DNA of 64,000 nt from NCBI GenBank assembly GCA_013265495.1, contig MU058844.1, positions 12,174,184 to 12,238,183 on the forward strand, written 5' to 3'. The stretch is from Vicugna vicugna. Its lineage: Eukaryota. The translations under genes and the position numbers were made by a program. Positions 1-12,395 of this stretch are shown in pieces (the first letter of the stretch is position 1; every line of letters begins with the position of its first letter). The notes below the pieces were generated by a model that saw only the letters and a program-made list of their open reading frames with translations, was not told where the DNA came from and ran no database searches.

Positions 1-1684
1 TAGCCGCCAATAAGGTGATCATCATCAGTAATAATACAATGTTTTAACATGTCTACGCTGCTGTTAATCTGAAGAGACTGGAAAAAAATGTTAAGAAGTA
101 CAGAATTCTCTACATCCATTTTATGAAACTTGGCCATTATTGAGGCAAAACAGAAGAAGTCATCAAACCCTCTAGATTTACTCTGCAACCAGAGAAAACC
201 ACAGAATGGATGACTCAACAGAGGCCCCAAGAAGGCGATGAGAACTGCTGTCTGGGGCTGCGGCTTTCAACTTCTGGAGAACATGGTAACCTTTCAAACT
301 GCTGACTGGCTCTGGAGCGTCCGCCTAGTTTTCCTATGAATCTATACATGAGGAACATTTCCATTGAATTCAAAAAAAGCTGTGCAGACACATCGAATAT
401 TTTGGGCACTATGACGTTAAATGCAAAACAAATGTCAATGAGCACTGATCCTCTTTTTTTTTTAATTTAATAGCAATAATATCCACAGAACTCAAAACAG
501 ATACATTTAATGAGATATTTGAGTCTGGAAATTTGGAAAATTATCAGTCCTGGACTTAAACGTCAAAAAGAATTCATGTTTGGTCCTGCACAGTTATTTG
601 ACCTAGGGTTAGAGGGAAAACATGACATCTCTTCTTTGTTTTTTTGGAACCACTGAGGTGAAAGAGCTCTATTTGTAGGCACAGAATACTAAAGATAAAA
701 AATAAGGAGAACGGCTGTATAATCAAGATTAAGAAAGTACAATTTAGTGATTCTTGGGGGATTCTGTCTCTGGAACACTGTAAGAAAATTTGACTACCAT
801 TTCCATAGTTAGGGAGAGTAAATACATCTAAGAGTCTCCACAGTTCCTCAGTTTGACTGTAACTCCGTGACTCCAAATGGGTTTCCAATAGTCAGAGCAA
901 ATAATCATGATAAAACTACTCTTCTCTGCAAGAGCTAGAACCATGGCAATCCCATACACCATCCAGAAGTGTCTCGAGGCTACTCATATAAGCATCTCTC
1001 AGTTTATCCGTGGTTCTTAATGCTATGAAGACCACCACTCAATGCCCTCACTTTTCAGATCTCTCATAGTGAAGCTGGCTTTAGATACTGTTCCAACTCT
1101 GAACTGTTGACACAAGTTAGTCACTAAGATTTTTCCTAATATAATCTGATATATGGCTTCAGATTTCCTCAGGTTGGTATATAATCAGTCATGTGGCACT
1201 GTCTCTAAAGTATACAGGATGTGCAAGTTTTCAGGGCCCAAAATAATATCTATGTATCACATTTTTCAAACCACAGCCATAAGGGGTATAAAAATTCCCC
1301 AGAGGATATCAGGCAGAGTTTAACACTGGTTGTTTACAATGCCTACTATGTCTCAGGTATGGCAATAAATAATGTGCTGAAAAAGTGAAGCAAATATGCT
1401 ACTTTGCTTTGTTTCAAGAGCAAGTCACTTTTTTTTTTTACTAGATCTGTAAGGAAACTAAATTTGTTTGATAAAACACAGAAATTCAGTCCTCTAGTCA
1501 AAATTTTCCTGCATCTGTCATGAAAGAAATCTGCACTCTCTTGAGAATGACTGGCTTATTACATGAGAGTTTTGTACATTTCTGAAAACATTTTTTTCTA
1601 ATCTCAAGGGCCTGAATTATTTTTGTAACTATTACCTCTGTAATGACATTTTAAATAAGATCATATGGTTTGACACTAAATTAG

Positions 1685-1955
1685 TTTCCAGTATTTTTCC
1701 AGGAACATAATTCTTCAAGATGGTTATAAAGAAGACCACTTACTGCAGTCAAGTTTGGGAAACACTGTGGTCTCCCACTGGTTGTTCTCAAAGCACAGTA
1801 ACATATTCAAGGCTCTGAGAAGTCTCGCGGTAAAGAACCCTTTTTAACCATTTAACCCAACATCCCGTGTATATATTAATCACAGGAAAACTTTCTCACG
1901 TGATTACAGCCTCTGGCAGCGGTGTCCCTATAACACACACTTCACTAACTGTGCT
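1685..1955. mobile_element. Degraded hAT-Charlie DNA transposon fragment (Charlie4a-like)
   Basis: Contains 'aagtttgggaaacactg' and 'ggctctgagaagtctcgcggtaaagaaccctttttaaccatttaacccaa', which resemble the Charlie4 consensus as I recall it; boundaries approximate. Confidence 0.5.
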
Positions 1956-2142
1956 GCTGCTTTAACTCATAACATTTATCTGCATTATTTAAACAATTGA
2001 ATAAATAATGAATAATGATAGAGATTATTCAGCAGTTTGTCTGCAACTACCTGGCTTATTTGTCTGCATCCCATAACTTGACTTTTGTAAACACGGTCTA
2101 AATGAATGAACAAACATCCTCCACATTTCCAGCATTTGATGG

Positions 2143-2578
2143 TGTTATGGGTTGAACTGTATCCTCCAAGAAAGACATGCTGATGTCTTAACACCCAGTA
2201 GCTCAGAATGTGACCTTTGTAGGAAACTGAGTTAAAAAGAGGTCACTAGGGTATACCCTAATTCAATATGACTCCTGTGCTTATTAAAAAAAAAAAAAGA
2301 GAGAAATTTGGACAAAGAGAAAGACATGCACAGAGAGAAGATGATGTAAAGATACACAGAAAAGATGGCCACGTGACTGGAAGGGTGTATCTAGAAACCA
2401 AGTAATAATGCCAAGTCTTGTGGAAACACAAGAAGCTGAAAAATCAAGGAAGGATTCTCCCCCACGGCACCTTCATCTCAGACTTCTAGCCTACACAACT
2501 GTGGGAATAAATTTCTGCTGTTTTAAACCACCCAGTTTTGGGTTCTAGGTTATGGCAGAATCCTAGGAAACTAAAACA
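2143..2578 (+). mobile_element. ERVL-MaLR solo LTR (MLT1C-like)
   Basis: Starts tgttatgggttgaactgt and ends ggaaactaaaaca; internal 'cagaatgtgacct' and 'aataaatttctgctgttttaaaccacccagt'; near-perfect 5-bp TSD gatgg/gatga. Confidence 0.85.
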
Positions 2579-2950
2579 GATGATAGGTCCACACATACTT
2601 TATATCTGTTTTTAAATATTGACAATATAATGAACTAGATCAGTAATAAATTATTTTCTTTAACAGCATCTTTCATAATGGGTTCATTTATATATTGTTC
2701 TTACAAGTTAAATTTTAGATTTCATTCAGCAACTCCATAACCATTAGAGAAAACATAAACATCAAGGAAAATGAAGGGGAAAAAAAGAAAAATAATTGTC
2801 AGTCAAAAAAATTAATCAATGTCATATGACTATTACTCTCAAATGGAAGAACTCTACAGAGGGGGTCTCATCTCAACATTCTCCTTGAATACACTATGCT
2901 TGCTACTCTCCACATCTGGAAAATTTATGTACAAGAATTATGTCTTTCCA

Positions 2951-3155
2951 CTAACAGACACACATTAATATATATAAAATAAACAATAAGGACCTATTGT
3001 ATAGCACAGGAAACTATAAAGAAAAAGAATCTGAAAAAACTAGGTATGCATATGTATAACTGAATCACTTTGCTGTACACCTGAAACTAACATTGTAAAT
3101 TAACTAATGTTATAAATCGATTACACTTCACTAAAAAATAAAATTTTAAAAAATC
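2951..3155 (+). mobile_element. LINE-1 3' UTR fragment (artiodactyl type)
   Basis: 'ctattgtatagcacagg', 'tgaatcactttgctgtacacctgaaactaac', A-rich tail; matches the other L1 3' ends in this window. Confidence 0.85.
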
Positions 3156-5799
3156 AATACAACTTGCAGACCTCTGGCTAGACTGACAAAGAAAAAAAGA
3201 AAAAACATTATTAATATTCTATCTTACACTTGTATAGGTGACAGTTGTAAAAATAAATACAGAGAGAAAAAATTTTTTAAAGGATTATGTCTTCCCAGAT
3301 ACTGCAGTGGACATTTCAGAAAATACAGCTCTGCAGAATGCTGGTAGATTGTCTTGCTGTTTTTTTGAAAATCTAGGTCATGATCAGCCTGTTTTTAAAG
3401 CAAACAAATATTATGGTGAGAGTGACACAATCATGTATTTGAAACTACAACTGTCAATATGTTTCTGAAGAGATACGACTCCATGTGGCCTGAGTTCTTT
3501 TCACTGTAATGCATGCTGTGAAATTCCTCACAGGAGGCACTGAGGAAGAGTGAGTGTTCAGGAGCCACCAAAGGTACATGGTACCTGATGGATCCACATA
3601 TTCAGGCAGAAGAGCTGAGCCCACGATTCAGAAACAACGAGGTCCATAAGAAAAAATACCACCCGAATTTGGTTACCTGTCTCTGTACCCAGGTACGGTC
3701 AAGGGCAGCGTTTGCTGTACTAGTCCCATCTCAGAAGTGGGGACCTTCAACCTTTGGGAAGACACCAGTACTAGGGCCTGCTAGTAATGGCCATGGAGGG
3801 CCCACAACCATGGCGGCCAGAAAGGAGGCAGAGGCCCCTGGTAAAGCACACACGTGGCTGAGGAACACAGAAGGCAATTTTCTCTTACACTCTCAAGGGT
3901 ATATCACACAAATACTAAAGTTCAGTATTCATTGTCAAAAGTTAGATGATTTTTTTTCCTCCCAGTAGTCCAATAAAACAAACTTTCAATATCTACATCC
4001 TAACACCTTCAAATTACAATTGCTAATACAATCATTATTGCATTTATTATTGTGTGAAGGTACTATGTATACACATATACTCATACGTACGTTTCAGTGT
4101 GATACGTATTATATAAAAGTCTAACAACAAACTATGTAATCCTTGTTGAATGTTCAAACTTCATTTGGTGATAGTATAATAAAAAATTTTTAAAGTAGAC
4201 AAACAGCCAAAGAATAGTTTTTTTTAGAAAGCAGAGATCTAAGGAATAATTATTTCTAACTGAGTGGTTCAAACTGATAAATTAAGCATTTATCAGTAAG
4301 AAATGACAGTAAAGAATAATATGTCAAATGGCTAATTGGTTAAGACTGTCTTAATATTTACTCCCTATCTTTGTAGTGAACCACTAGAGAATGTCTTTAT
4401 TAGTCCTGCACTATCTGTCCGAAGAAGAATATATATTTCAGAATCCACACTTGGATTCACATTCATGTATCAAAAGGTTTCTCTCTAAGTGGGGCTTATC
4501 AGTCTAAACCCACAGAGGCTGTCAATGACTTAACCATTTTAAGATAGGAGCTTCTTTGTAAATACTTGCAAGTCAGCAGGTGCATATAAGCTATTTCCTG
4601 CTACACTATGGCTGGGCATAAGCTATATTGAAAAATGTTACACAGTGTAAAGTAAAATTCCAATATTCCAGATTCGACATCTCATTATTTATTAATTAGG
4701 GATGCATATCCCACGTCTCGGCATGGCATTGAAAATGCACTAATGCTAATGAGACGATGGCTTAAAAGTGGTGGGATATTTAAAACCTAGCTCTGAGAAG
4801 CAGTTCAGCTCTGTCACCAGCATTATAATGACCTTCTAACCTTGGGCTCAAAACCCAGAGTTTCTCATGGTTCCCTTTGTTTAAAGGCCAAGCAATCTCA
4901 ACCTATTTCTCCAGTATCACTGCATTTGAAAATAATACAAGACATAGGAAGTGCCAAAATACTTTCAATTTCATGCTGCTATTGGTTCCTAAGGATGTTA
5001 CCACTTCAGACAAAATCAGGCATGTCTGAGTACAGAGAAATCCAAGCAATCTTTGATGTTCTATATCAGACAGGGAAACGCTACAGACTGTCTCCTCTGC
5101 AAATATCAAGCTACATGCCCTGGAACAATGCCAGGGAGAAACAGGCATTAATGAGTTATTTTCCATTGTTACTCATTCTGTGGCAGTGCCTTATAATTAT
5201 GAAAATGACTGAAGGGACAATTTGAAATCTAATCAGGATTAGGAAAAAATCCTTACATTATAGCAATTTTTTTACAAACTATATTTGTTTTAATATCTAC
5301 TCAGCTAAGCTCATTCAGAATACACCTCTCCTATCATAAATCAATGTGAATTTATTTTGTCTTTCATGTTTCTTTATGCAGTGCAAACAAAATGAGTTAG
5401 AAACTGACCTGCCCTGGAAAGATTAAGTCAGACCTAATTAGTTTATATTAAATTGAGAAGAAACTGAATCAGTGTGACTTTAAGGCTGCACTTTTTGCAT
5501 TCACTTAAAGCATTTGAATCCTTGCATCAGCTCAAATTGAGTTGTTTCAAAAATGCTTGAATCCCACTGTAGAACACTAGATGGTTTAAAATAAAAGCGC
5601 TGGAACAATCACTCCTAGACCAAACTTCACACACTGAATCAAATTCAACAGAGTATGCCGGTTTTTGAATTGATTCTGTAGTGTGTGCCTGGCACAACTT
5701 CCAACCACTACACTGTAAGATGTTAAGCCCCCTCCACCAAGTTGTTTTTTTCATTCAAAATTTAGAATAGTTAGCTACAAGGCAATACATTCCCTATAA

Positions 5800-6290
5800 C
5801 AAATATTGTTATGAATGCTTTGAAAAAGTAATGCCGGCTTCTAACAAAAATTTCCAATAGCACAGAAGGGTGAAAAATGAAAGTCCTCCTCTCTTTCAGA
5901 TGCCATTTCTACTTCTCAGGAGTAAACCACTTAACAATTTATTGCATATTCTTTTATACATTTTCTGTACAAAGGAGAGCATCTTGCAATTTTTTTTCTA
6001 CTTCGTATGTCTTGGTTCTCTTCCCAAGGATGTTGTCATTCTTTGTAATGTACACCCATCACATTGTATGGATTTGCCATCACTTAATCAGTTCCTAATT
6101 TATGTGCATTTCATGTGTCCGCAGTTTTAGATTTTTACAGAACTATGCTATTATAAGCACCCTTGTCCATCTATGCTAAGAATTTATCCTCCGGCTGCAC
6201 AAGTGCATGAATGGTAGGACCACTATGTCAAAAAAAACTGCCAAGATGCCTTCCACAGAGCTTGCCTGGATTAATGCTCTACCGAGCCCT
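5800..6290 (-). mobile_element. Ancient L1ME-like 3' fragment
   Basis: Degenerate antisense L1 3' motifs ('cattgtatggatttgccatcacttaatcagttcct', 'ataagcacccttgtccat'); boundaries approximate. Confidence 0.5.
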
Positions 6291-6344
6291 GGTTTGTGAA
6301 AACTCCTCCTTCCCCCCAACACCACTCAGGGAAAAGGATGGATA

Positions 6345-6546
6345 ACTAACTTCTGTTGGCCCAACTTTACATAAGCATCTTAAGACATGTTGTTTCATTT
6401 ACTCCTCTCAACACAATTCTGTACGTCATGTATTCTCATTTTAACAGATGAGGAAATTCAGAGTTAGAAAAGCTGGGATGAGGCAAAACCAAAATTAAAA
6501 CCTGGGGTGCCTAGTTCCTCGAGTCAAGCTTTTTCCAGTCTACTAC
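6345..6546 (-). mobile_element. MIR SINE
   Basis: MIR core in antisense: 'tattctcattttaacagatgaggaaattcagagttaga'. Confidence 0.7.
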
Positions 6547-7618
6547 GTTTCCATGTGAGTCAACAGACTGTGGGTTCTTAATTATAATTCAGAAACTTTT
6601 CCCACCAGCTGGCTTGGGAGGTTTCCCTGACCGAGGTAAGCGGTACATGACTGAGATGCAATGGTAGCTTCAGAATTGCCATTTAGAAGGTGCCTAGAAT
6701 CAATATTCTGATTTTATCAGCCTCCAAAATGGGAGAAGGTGGGAGACAGTACAAGAAATATCTTCTGTCTTGACTCTATCAAAAACCTAATCATGACACT
6801 TAGGAGAAAACAGCTTCTAAGTGCTCGCCCTTTGCCCTCCTGTGCTGAGATCTTCCCAGTTATCACCCTCTCCCAATCTGTGATTAAAAACAAAACCTGT
6901 AGGTACAGCATTACCTCAGCACCCTGTGGTTGTTTGGTTTTGTTTTCCAAGGACAACAATGTCTGTGTCTCCTGGATACCAGCTATCAACAGTACTTTTA
7001 ATCAAATTGGTCCCACATCACATAGAAGAGTGCTACGATTTATAATCTGTTTATCTAGACCAATTGCTTTCAATTTCCTAAAAGACTTCTCTCATCAAAT
7101 TTGGAACAAGAATTTCTATAATGGAGGACAGATATGACCAGCTTTCTTAAAGGGGATTTACGTTACAAACTGCAGCAAGTTAAAAAAAAAAAAAAAGAAA
7201 GAAAGAAAAGAAATGTCAGGGTAATATCAGAGGAACAAAGAAACAATAAAAACTCAACCTGGATTATTCACTCTGTCTATAGTTGAAATTTTTCCAGAAA
7301 GGATTTAAAATAAGCATATGAATATTTGGGAAAGTGAGTTTTTTAAGAGTTAGTTTTTTTTTTTTAAACTCTACTCAAAGCACTTAGAGTCACAGAAATA
7401 AAATTTAAAAAGCAGTCAAGAGATAAGGAGAACATGGGAAACCAAGAAGTCAGATCTAGTTTTTAGTGCTGTTCCAACAAAACTACCTACCCTACAAGTT
7501 ACGAGGAAGCAACGTAGCCAGTACACACCTGGCCTTCAATAAGTGTTTTCCTCCAACGACTTTCACTTTATAAATCTTCGCTAAGCACCTGCTGTATGCC
7601 AGTTACCATATTATTTTA

Positions 7619-7905
7619 AGCTGTCCATTGTGATAGCCACTGGCCACATGTAGCTACTGAGCTCTTGAAATGGGGCCTGTATGAACTGAGGTGTGCCGTC
7701 GGTGTAAATACACACCAAATTTCAAAGACATTAAAAAGGGAGACTACCTTATAATCATTTTATAGAGATATGTTGAAATGATAATTATTTGGGATATGCT
7801 GAGTTAAGTAAGATATATTAAATTTAGTATCTTATTTAAACAAGTCTCTTAGAAAATTTTAAATGACATATGTGGCTTGCATTCTGTTTCTACTGGACAG
7901 CATGG
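7619..7905. mobile_element. MER33-like hAT-Charlie non-autonomous element
   Basis: 'ctgtccattgtgatagccactggccacatgtagctactgagctcttgaaatg...tgtggcttgcattctgtttctactggacag'; inverted termini ctgtcca/tggacag. Confidence 0.85.
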
Positions 7906-7911
7906 TTCTAG

Positions 7912-8080
7912 ATTCATGTTTCCCAAATTTTCACGTGTACCAAACTCACCTGGGATCTTGATAAAATGCAGATTCATGAATCACCACGTGTGGGGTGAGG
8001 TCGAAAGTGCTGCATTCTAACAACCTCCCAGGTGAGCCCCATGTGGCCAGGCTGCAGACCTCGTCTTGAGAATCCAGGCT
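7912..8080. mobile_element. MER5A-like hAT-Charlie element
   Basis: 'tcacctgggatcttgataaaatgcagattc...tgcattctaacaacctcccaggtga'. Confidence 0.8.
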
Positions 8081-8082
8081 CT

Positions 8083-8393
8083 GGGCACGTGCTCCCCAGG
8101 TGTGCTGACCAGTGCTGGTCTGAAAGTGCCTGTTGTCAGTCCGAAAGGCGGCAGAAACAGAAACTGAAGAAAATGAGAATGAGTGTTTAGAAACTATTTT
8201 TGCTAATTTGACATCATTGCAACATCCAACTGCACGCTCACTGGACCCACCATATTGAGCAGGATACAGGTCAGGTGGAAGGCTGTCAGATTCATGTGGT
8301 ACAGACTGTGGACTAGTCATCACTAGTGGCTCATTATGACAGACCAGAATTGTTCAAGTTGGTATTTTACCATAGTATTTTTCAGAAGCACTG
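8083..8393. mobile_element. MER5C-like hAT-Charlie element
   Basis: 'gagtgtttagaaactatttttgctaatttgacatcattgcaacatccaa' and terminal 'agaagcactg'. Confidence 0.6.
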
Positions 8394-9301
8394 CTCTAAA
8401 GCTGAGGCCACCCTGCCAAAGAGGGTTCAGAGAATTATCAGTATATGGTATCTTAGGACATGTGAAAAATTCCTGGTTAAATACATTTTTTAAACTTTAG
8501 GTTTAAACAAAGTTGAGGTGGCCTCTTCATTGCAGGGTTTCTCATCACCTTCAATATTCTGTGTGTTTTTATATCTCCAAGAGAACACAGCATATAATGT
8601 TTCCCAACTATTTTTGGTACCAAAATTCCCCATCCTACACGACCACCATGACATCTTAAATAATGCTTTGTGGAACACCAGTGTATGGAATCTCTCTCCT
8701 AAATGATTTAACTGATGTGTCTAGCTTTCTCAGCCATTTGAAAAATACTGAGTAAGTACTGACTAAAATTAACGTGTGGTATATTCATTATCATGATCCT
8801 GAGCAGTTCAAGCAATTTTAATTTGCAAAAAGTTATTTATGTTTCTCTAAGATGAGACTTGGTCTATTAACAGTAGAAGAGTTGTTTTGGCAGTTTAAAT
8901 ATATCACTACAAAACATAAATTAGGAAAAAAAAACACATTGACATGATACCACAGTATTTTAGGGTCTTAACAGTATTACCATGTACAATTTTATTATAA
9001 GGCTAATTTGGAATTTAATTTAGATAAGAGATTTGTGATGGTAGTCTTTCCCTCTTGCCACTAATAAAATTTGTAATGAAATATCACCACTCCACTTGGT
9101 ATTCAAAGTTACTAATTAGGCTCAGTTCTCTTTTTACAAAATTGCTCTGACTTTGTCAGCAGTTAGGAACTTTTAAGTAAAAACTGCTCCTAAGTTAGAA
9201 GGGATGACTTGTATGTTCAGTTTGACAAGCTTCACCTCCATACCTAAAGGAATTTCCAGACAGATGGAGTGAGGCTGAAGTCCACAAAAACACTGATTAC
9301 A

Positions 9302-9612
9302 ACACAAATGAACTTGTTTACAAAAGAGAAACAGACTCACAGACATAGAAAACAAACTTATGGTTACCAAAGGGGAAAGAGGATGGGGGAGGGATAAATT
9401 AGGAGTTTGAAATTAGCAGATACACACTGCTGTATATAAAATTAATGACAGGTTCTACATATAAGCACTGGGAACTATACTCAATATCTTATGAACCATA
9501 ATGGAAAAGAACATGAAAAAGAATATATAGATGTATAACTCAATCACTTTGCTGTGCACCAGAAAGTAACAATATTGTAAGTCAACTATACTTCAATAAA
9601 AAAAAAATTTTA
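9302..9612 (+). mobile_element. LINE-1 3' end (5'-truncated)
   Basis: 'acaaatgaacttgtttacaaaagagaaacagactcacagacatagaaaacaaacttatggttacc' through 'cttcaataaa' and poly-A; flanks share 'gattacaa' (decayed TSD). Confidence 0.9.
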
Positions 9613-9924
9613 AAACGCATCGATTACAAAAGATAGTCCTCAACATCTTTTCACCACCACTGACAGCAAGAATACCTTTGGCCATAAAAACCACAGGTCT
9701 GTAAAAAAAAAAAAATACCCATGTTCATCTTGCTAAAACAATAAAAGTAACAGCCTCTTTGTTTGTTCATTAGGGAATTACTGTTCATTTCAATTATAGG
9801 ATGTCTACGGAATATTGGCTGTTACTTCACAAATACACCCTTGGCACCAAGAACAATACTTGATAAATAAGCATTCAACAAATATGTTTTAATTAATGTT
9901 CAGGGTTTTTATATTAAAACCAAC

Positions 9925-10425
9925 ATTTTAATACCGAGTATGCAGTTGTTTTAGACAGATTAAAAAAGACATAGAAACAAAAGCAAAAACTACTCATAAT
10001 CTTCAGTTTACCTTTGACATCCACCTGCACCCTAGCACGCGTACTTCAAGACACATATTTTCGATGCTCATACTCTGTGCTACATTTCCATGGACTCATA
10101 CTCCATGCTGCGTTTCCCCTAGTGTTACTGGTCCCACATAATGTCCTACATAATACTCAGCTTCATTTTGAATGACTAGGCAGCCACTCACTTTATGAAT
10201 AAACGAAACTTAAGAAACAGCTCTGCTGGTGAAGACTTAAATTATTCCTCCTCCCTTCTCATTTTCCCCTTTGTCTGAAAAGAGCTACTCTTTCAGCCAA
10301 GTTTCTGTCCATTCCCTAACAGTTTCTTTAGGAAATATTCCTGAAAGGACCTGTACATTGTAAAGGCTTTGTTATGCATTTTCAAGCTGTCCTTCAGAAA
10401 GGCTGTAATTCACCCAACATGCAGT
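9925..10425 (-). mobile_element. Ancient L1ME/L1MC-like fragment
   Basis: Degenerate antisense L1 motifs ('tttctttaggaaatattcctgaaag', 'ttcaagctgtccttcagaaaggctgta'). Confidence 0.45.
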
Positions 10426-11067
10426 CCAGAAGACTATTCTTCAGAATTTTAACTAAAGGTCAGAATCTATGACTCAAGAAGTCCACTTTCATGACCCTCT
10501 ACCCCAATTTCAACAAATGGCATCCATTGAACAATGGCTGTAAAGCCACTCAGAGAGATTTTTAAAATCTAACCTTTCCGTCAAGAAGCCAGCCATGTGA
10601 CAATACTATAAAACAAGGATTGTCCTTAAGTACACAGGAGGCAAAACATGCCAGAGCTCAATGCAGAAGAAATAACAGTGCAGAAAACTAAGAACAGAAG
10701 AATAAGTTTTATCAGGTAAAACTTGAGTCTTGTAGTTCTGTGCCAATGACAGTATTCAGAGAATAAAACAATGAAAAACCCCTCCTTTATCTCACTCAGA
10801 AGTCAAGGTCTGCGTGACATTTCAAGGAGTAAAGTTGAAGTGCATGGAGGAAAAAGATGATACATTCCGTATTTTCTGAGGTGTAGTCGTCCACGTAACC
10901 AGACATGGGTAACACTCTTAGCAAAGAACACCTGAGGATATTCCCAAGAAAAAAGTATAAATTAGGACACAGGCAAATCAAAAAATAGTCATATCAGATA
11001 TAGTATAGCAGTACGGCACAGGGAACCATGCTCAGTATCTTGTAACAACCTATAATATGAAAATGAA

Positions 11068-11441
11068 AATCTAACCAAGGAGGTGAAAGAATTATACACA
11101 GAAAACTATAAACCATTGATGAAGGAAATTAAAGAAGACTTTAAAAAATGGAAAGATATTCCATGCTCTTGGATTGGAAGAATCAATATTGTTAAAATGG
11201 TCACACTGCCCAAGGCAATCTACAGATTTAATGCAATCCCTATCCAATTACCCAGGACATATTTCACAGAACTAGAACAAATCATAATAAAATTTATATG
11301 GAACCATCAAAGACCTAGAATTGCTAAAGCATTACTGAAGAGAAAGAAAGAGGCTGGAGGAATAACTCTCCCAGACTTCAGACAATACTATAGAGCTACA
11401 GTCATCAAGACAGCATGGTATTGGTACCAAAACAGACATAT
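11068..11441 (+). pseudogene. LINE-1 ORF2 fragment (region C-terminal to the RT core)
   Basis: [44 protein letters not shown]...[28 protein letters not shown] is typical L1 ORF2. Confidence 0.95.
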
Positions 11442-12186
11442 NNNNNNNNNNNNNNNNNNNNNNNNNNNNNNNNNNNNNNNNNNNNNNNNNNNNNNNNNNN
11501 NNNNNNNNNNNNNNNNNNNNNNNNNNNNNNNNNNNNNNNNNNNNNNNNNNNNNNNNNNNNNNNNNNNNNNNNNNNNNNNNNNNNNNNNNNNNNNNNNNNN
11601 NNNNNNNNNNNNNNNNNNNNNNNNNNNNNNNNNNNNNNNNNNNNNNNNNNNNNNNNNNNNNNNNNNNNNNNNNNNNNNNNNNNNNNNNNNNNNNNNNNNN
11701 NNNNNNNNNNNNNNNNNNNNNNNNNNNNNNNNNNNNNNNNNNNNNNNNNNNNNNNNNNNNNNNNNNNNNNNNNNNNNNNNNNNNNNNNNNNNNNNNNNNN
11801 NNNNNNNNNNNNNNNNNNNNNNNNNNNNNNNNNNNNNNNNNNNNNNNNNNNNNNNNNNNNNNNNNNNNNNNNNNNNNNNNNNNNNNNNNNNNNNNNNNNN
11901 NNNNNNNNNNNNNNNNNNNNNNNNNNNNNNNNNNNNNNNNNNNNNNNNNNNNNNNNNNNNNNNNNNNNNNNNNNNNNNNNNNNNNNNNNNNNNNNNNNNN
12001 NNNNNNNNNNNNNNNNNNNNNNNNNNNNNNNNNNNNNNNNNNNNNNNNNNNNNNNNNNNNNNNNNNNNNNNNNNNNNNNNNNNNNNNNNNNNNNNNNNNN
12101 NNNNNNNNNNNNNNNNNNNNNNNNNNNNNNNNNNNNNNNNNNNNNNNNNNNNNNNNNNNNNNNNNNNNNNNNNNNNNNNNNNNNNA
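11442..12186. other. Assembly gap (745 N)
   Basis: Run of N inside the young L1. Confidence 1.
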
Positions 12187-12395
12187 CATGGAAACAGCCT
12201 AAATGTCCATCAATAGGTGACTGGATAAAGAAGATGTGGTATATTTATACAATGGAATACTACTCAGCCATAAAAACCGACAACATAACGCCATTTGCGG
12301 CAACATGGATGCTCCTAGAGAATGTCATTCTAAGTGAAGTAAGCCAGAAAGAGAAAGAAAAATACCATATGAGATCGCTCATATGTGGAATCTAA
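12187..12395 (+). pseudogene. LINE-1 ORF2 C-terminus
   Basis: TWKQPKCPSIGDWIKKMWYIYTMEYYSAIK...YHMRSLICGI* is the canonical L1 ORF2 end. Confidence 0.95.

Noticed and set aside
3588..7137. ORFs of 126-132 aa (3588-3968, 4842-5225, 6739-7137)
   Set aside because: No recognisable domains, promoter or coherent exon structure; lengths compatible with chance
6915..7169. Minus-strand 255-nt segment with a strong acceptor and GAG|gtaatg donor
   Set aside because: The acceptor comes from a poly-A/GAAA simple repeat and all frames stop early; likely a pseudoexon
10796..10931. Minus-strand 136-nt exon-like segment
   Set aside because: Stops in all frames, a modest donor and an unrecognised peptide
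11083..12395. Long ORFs of 377, 326 and 285 aa in the ORF track
   Set aside because: Artefacts of reading through the N gap; the real residues are L1 ORF2 fragments
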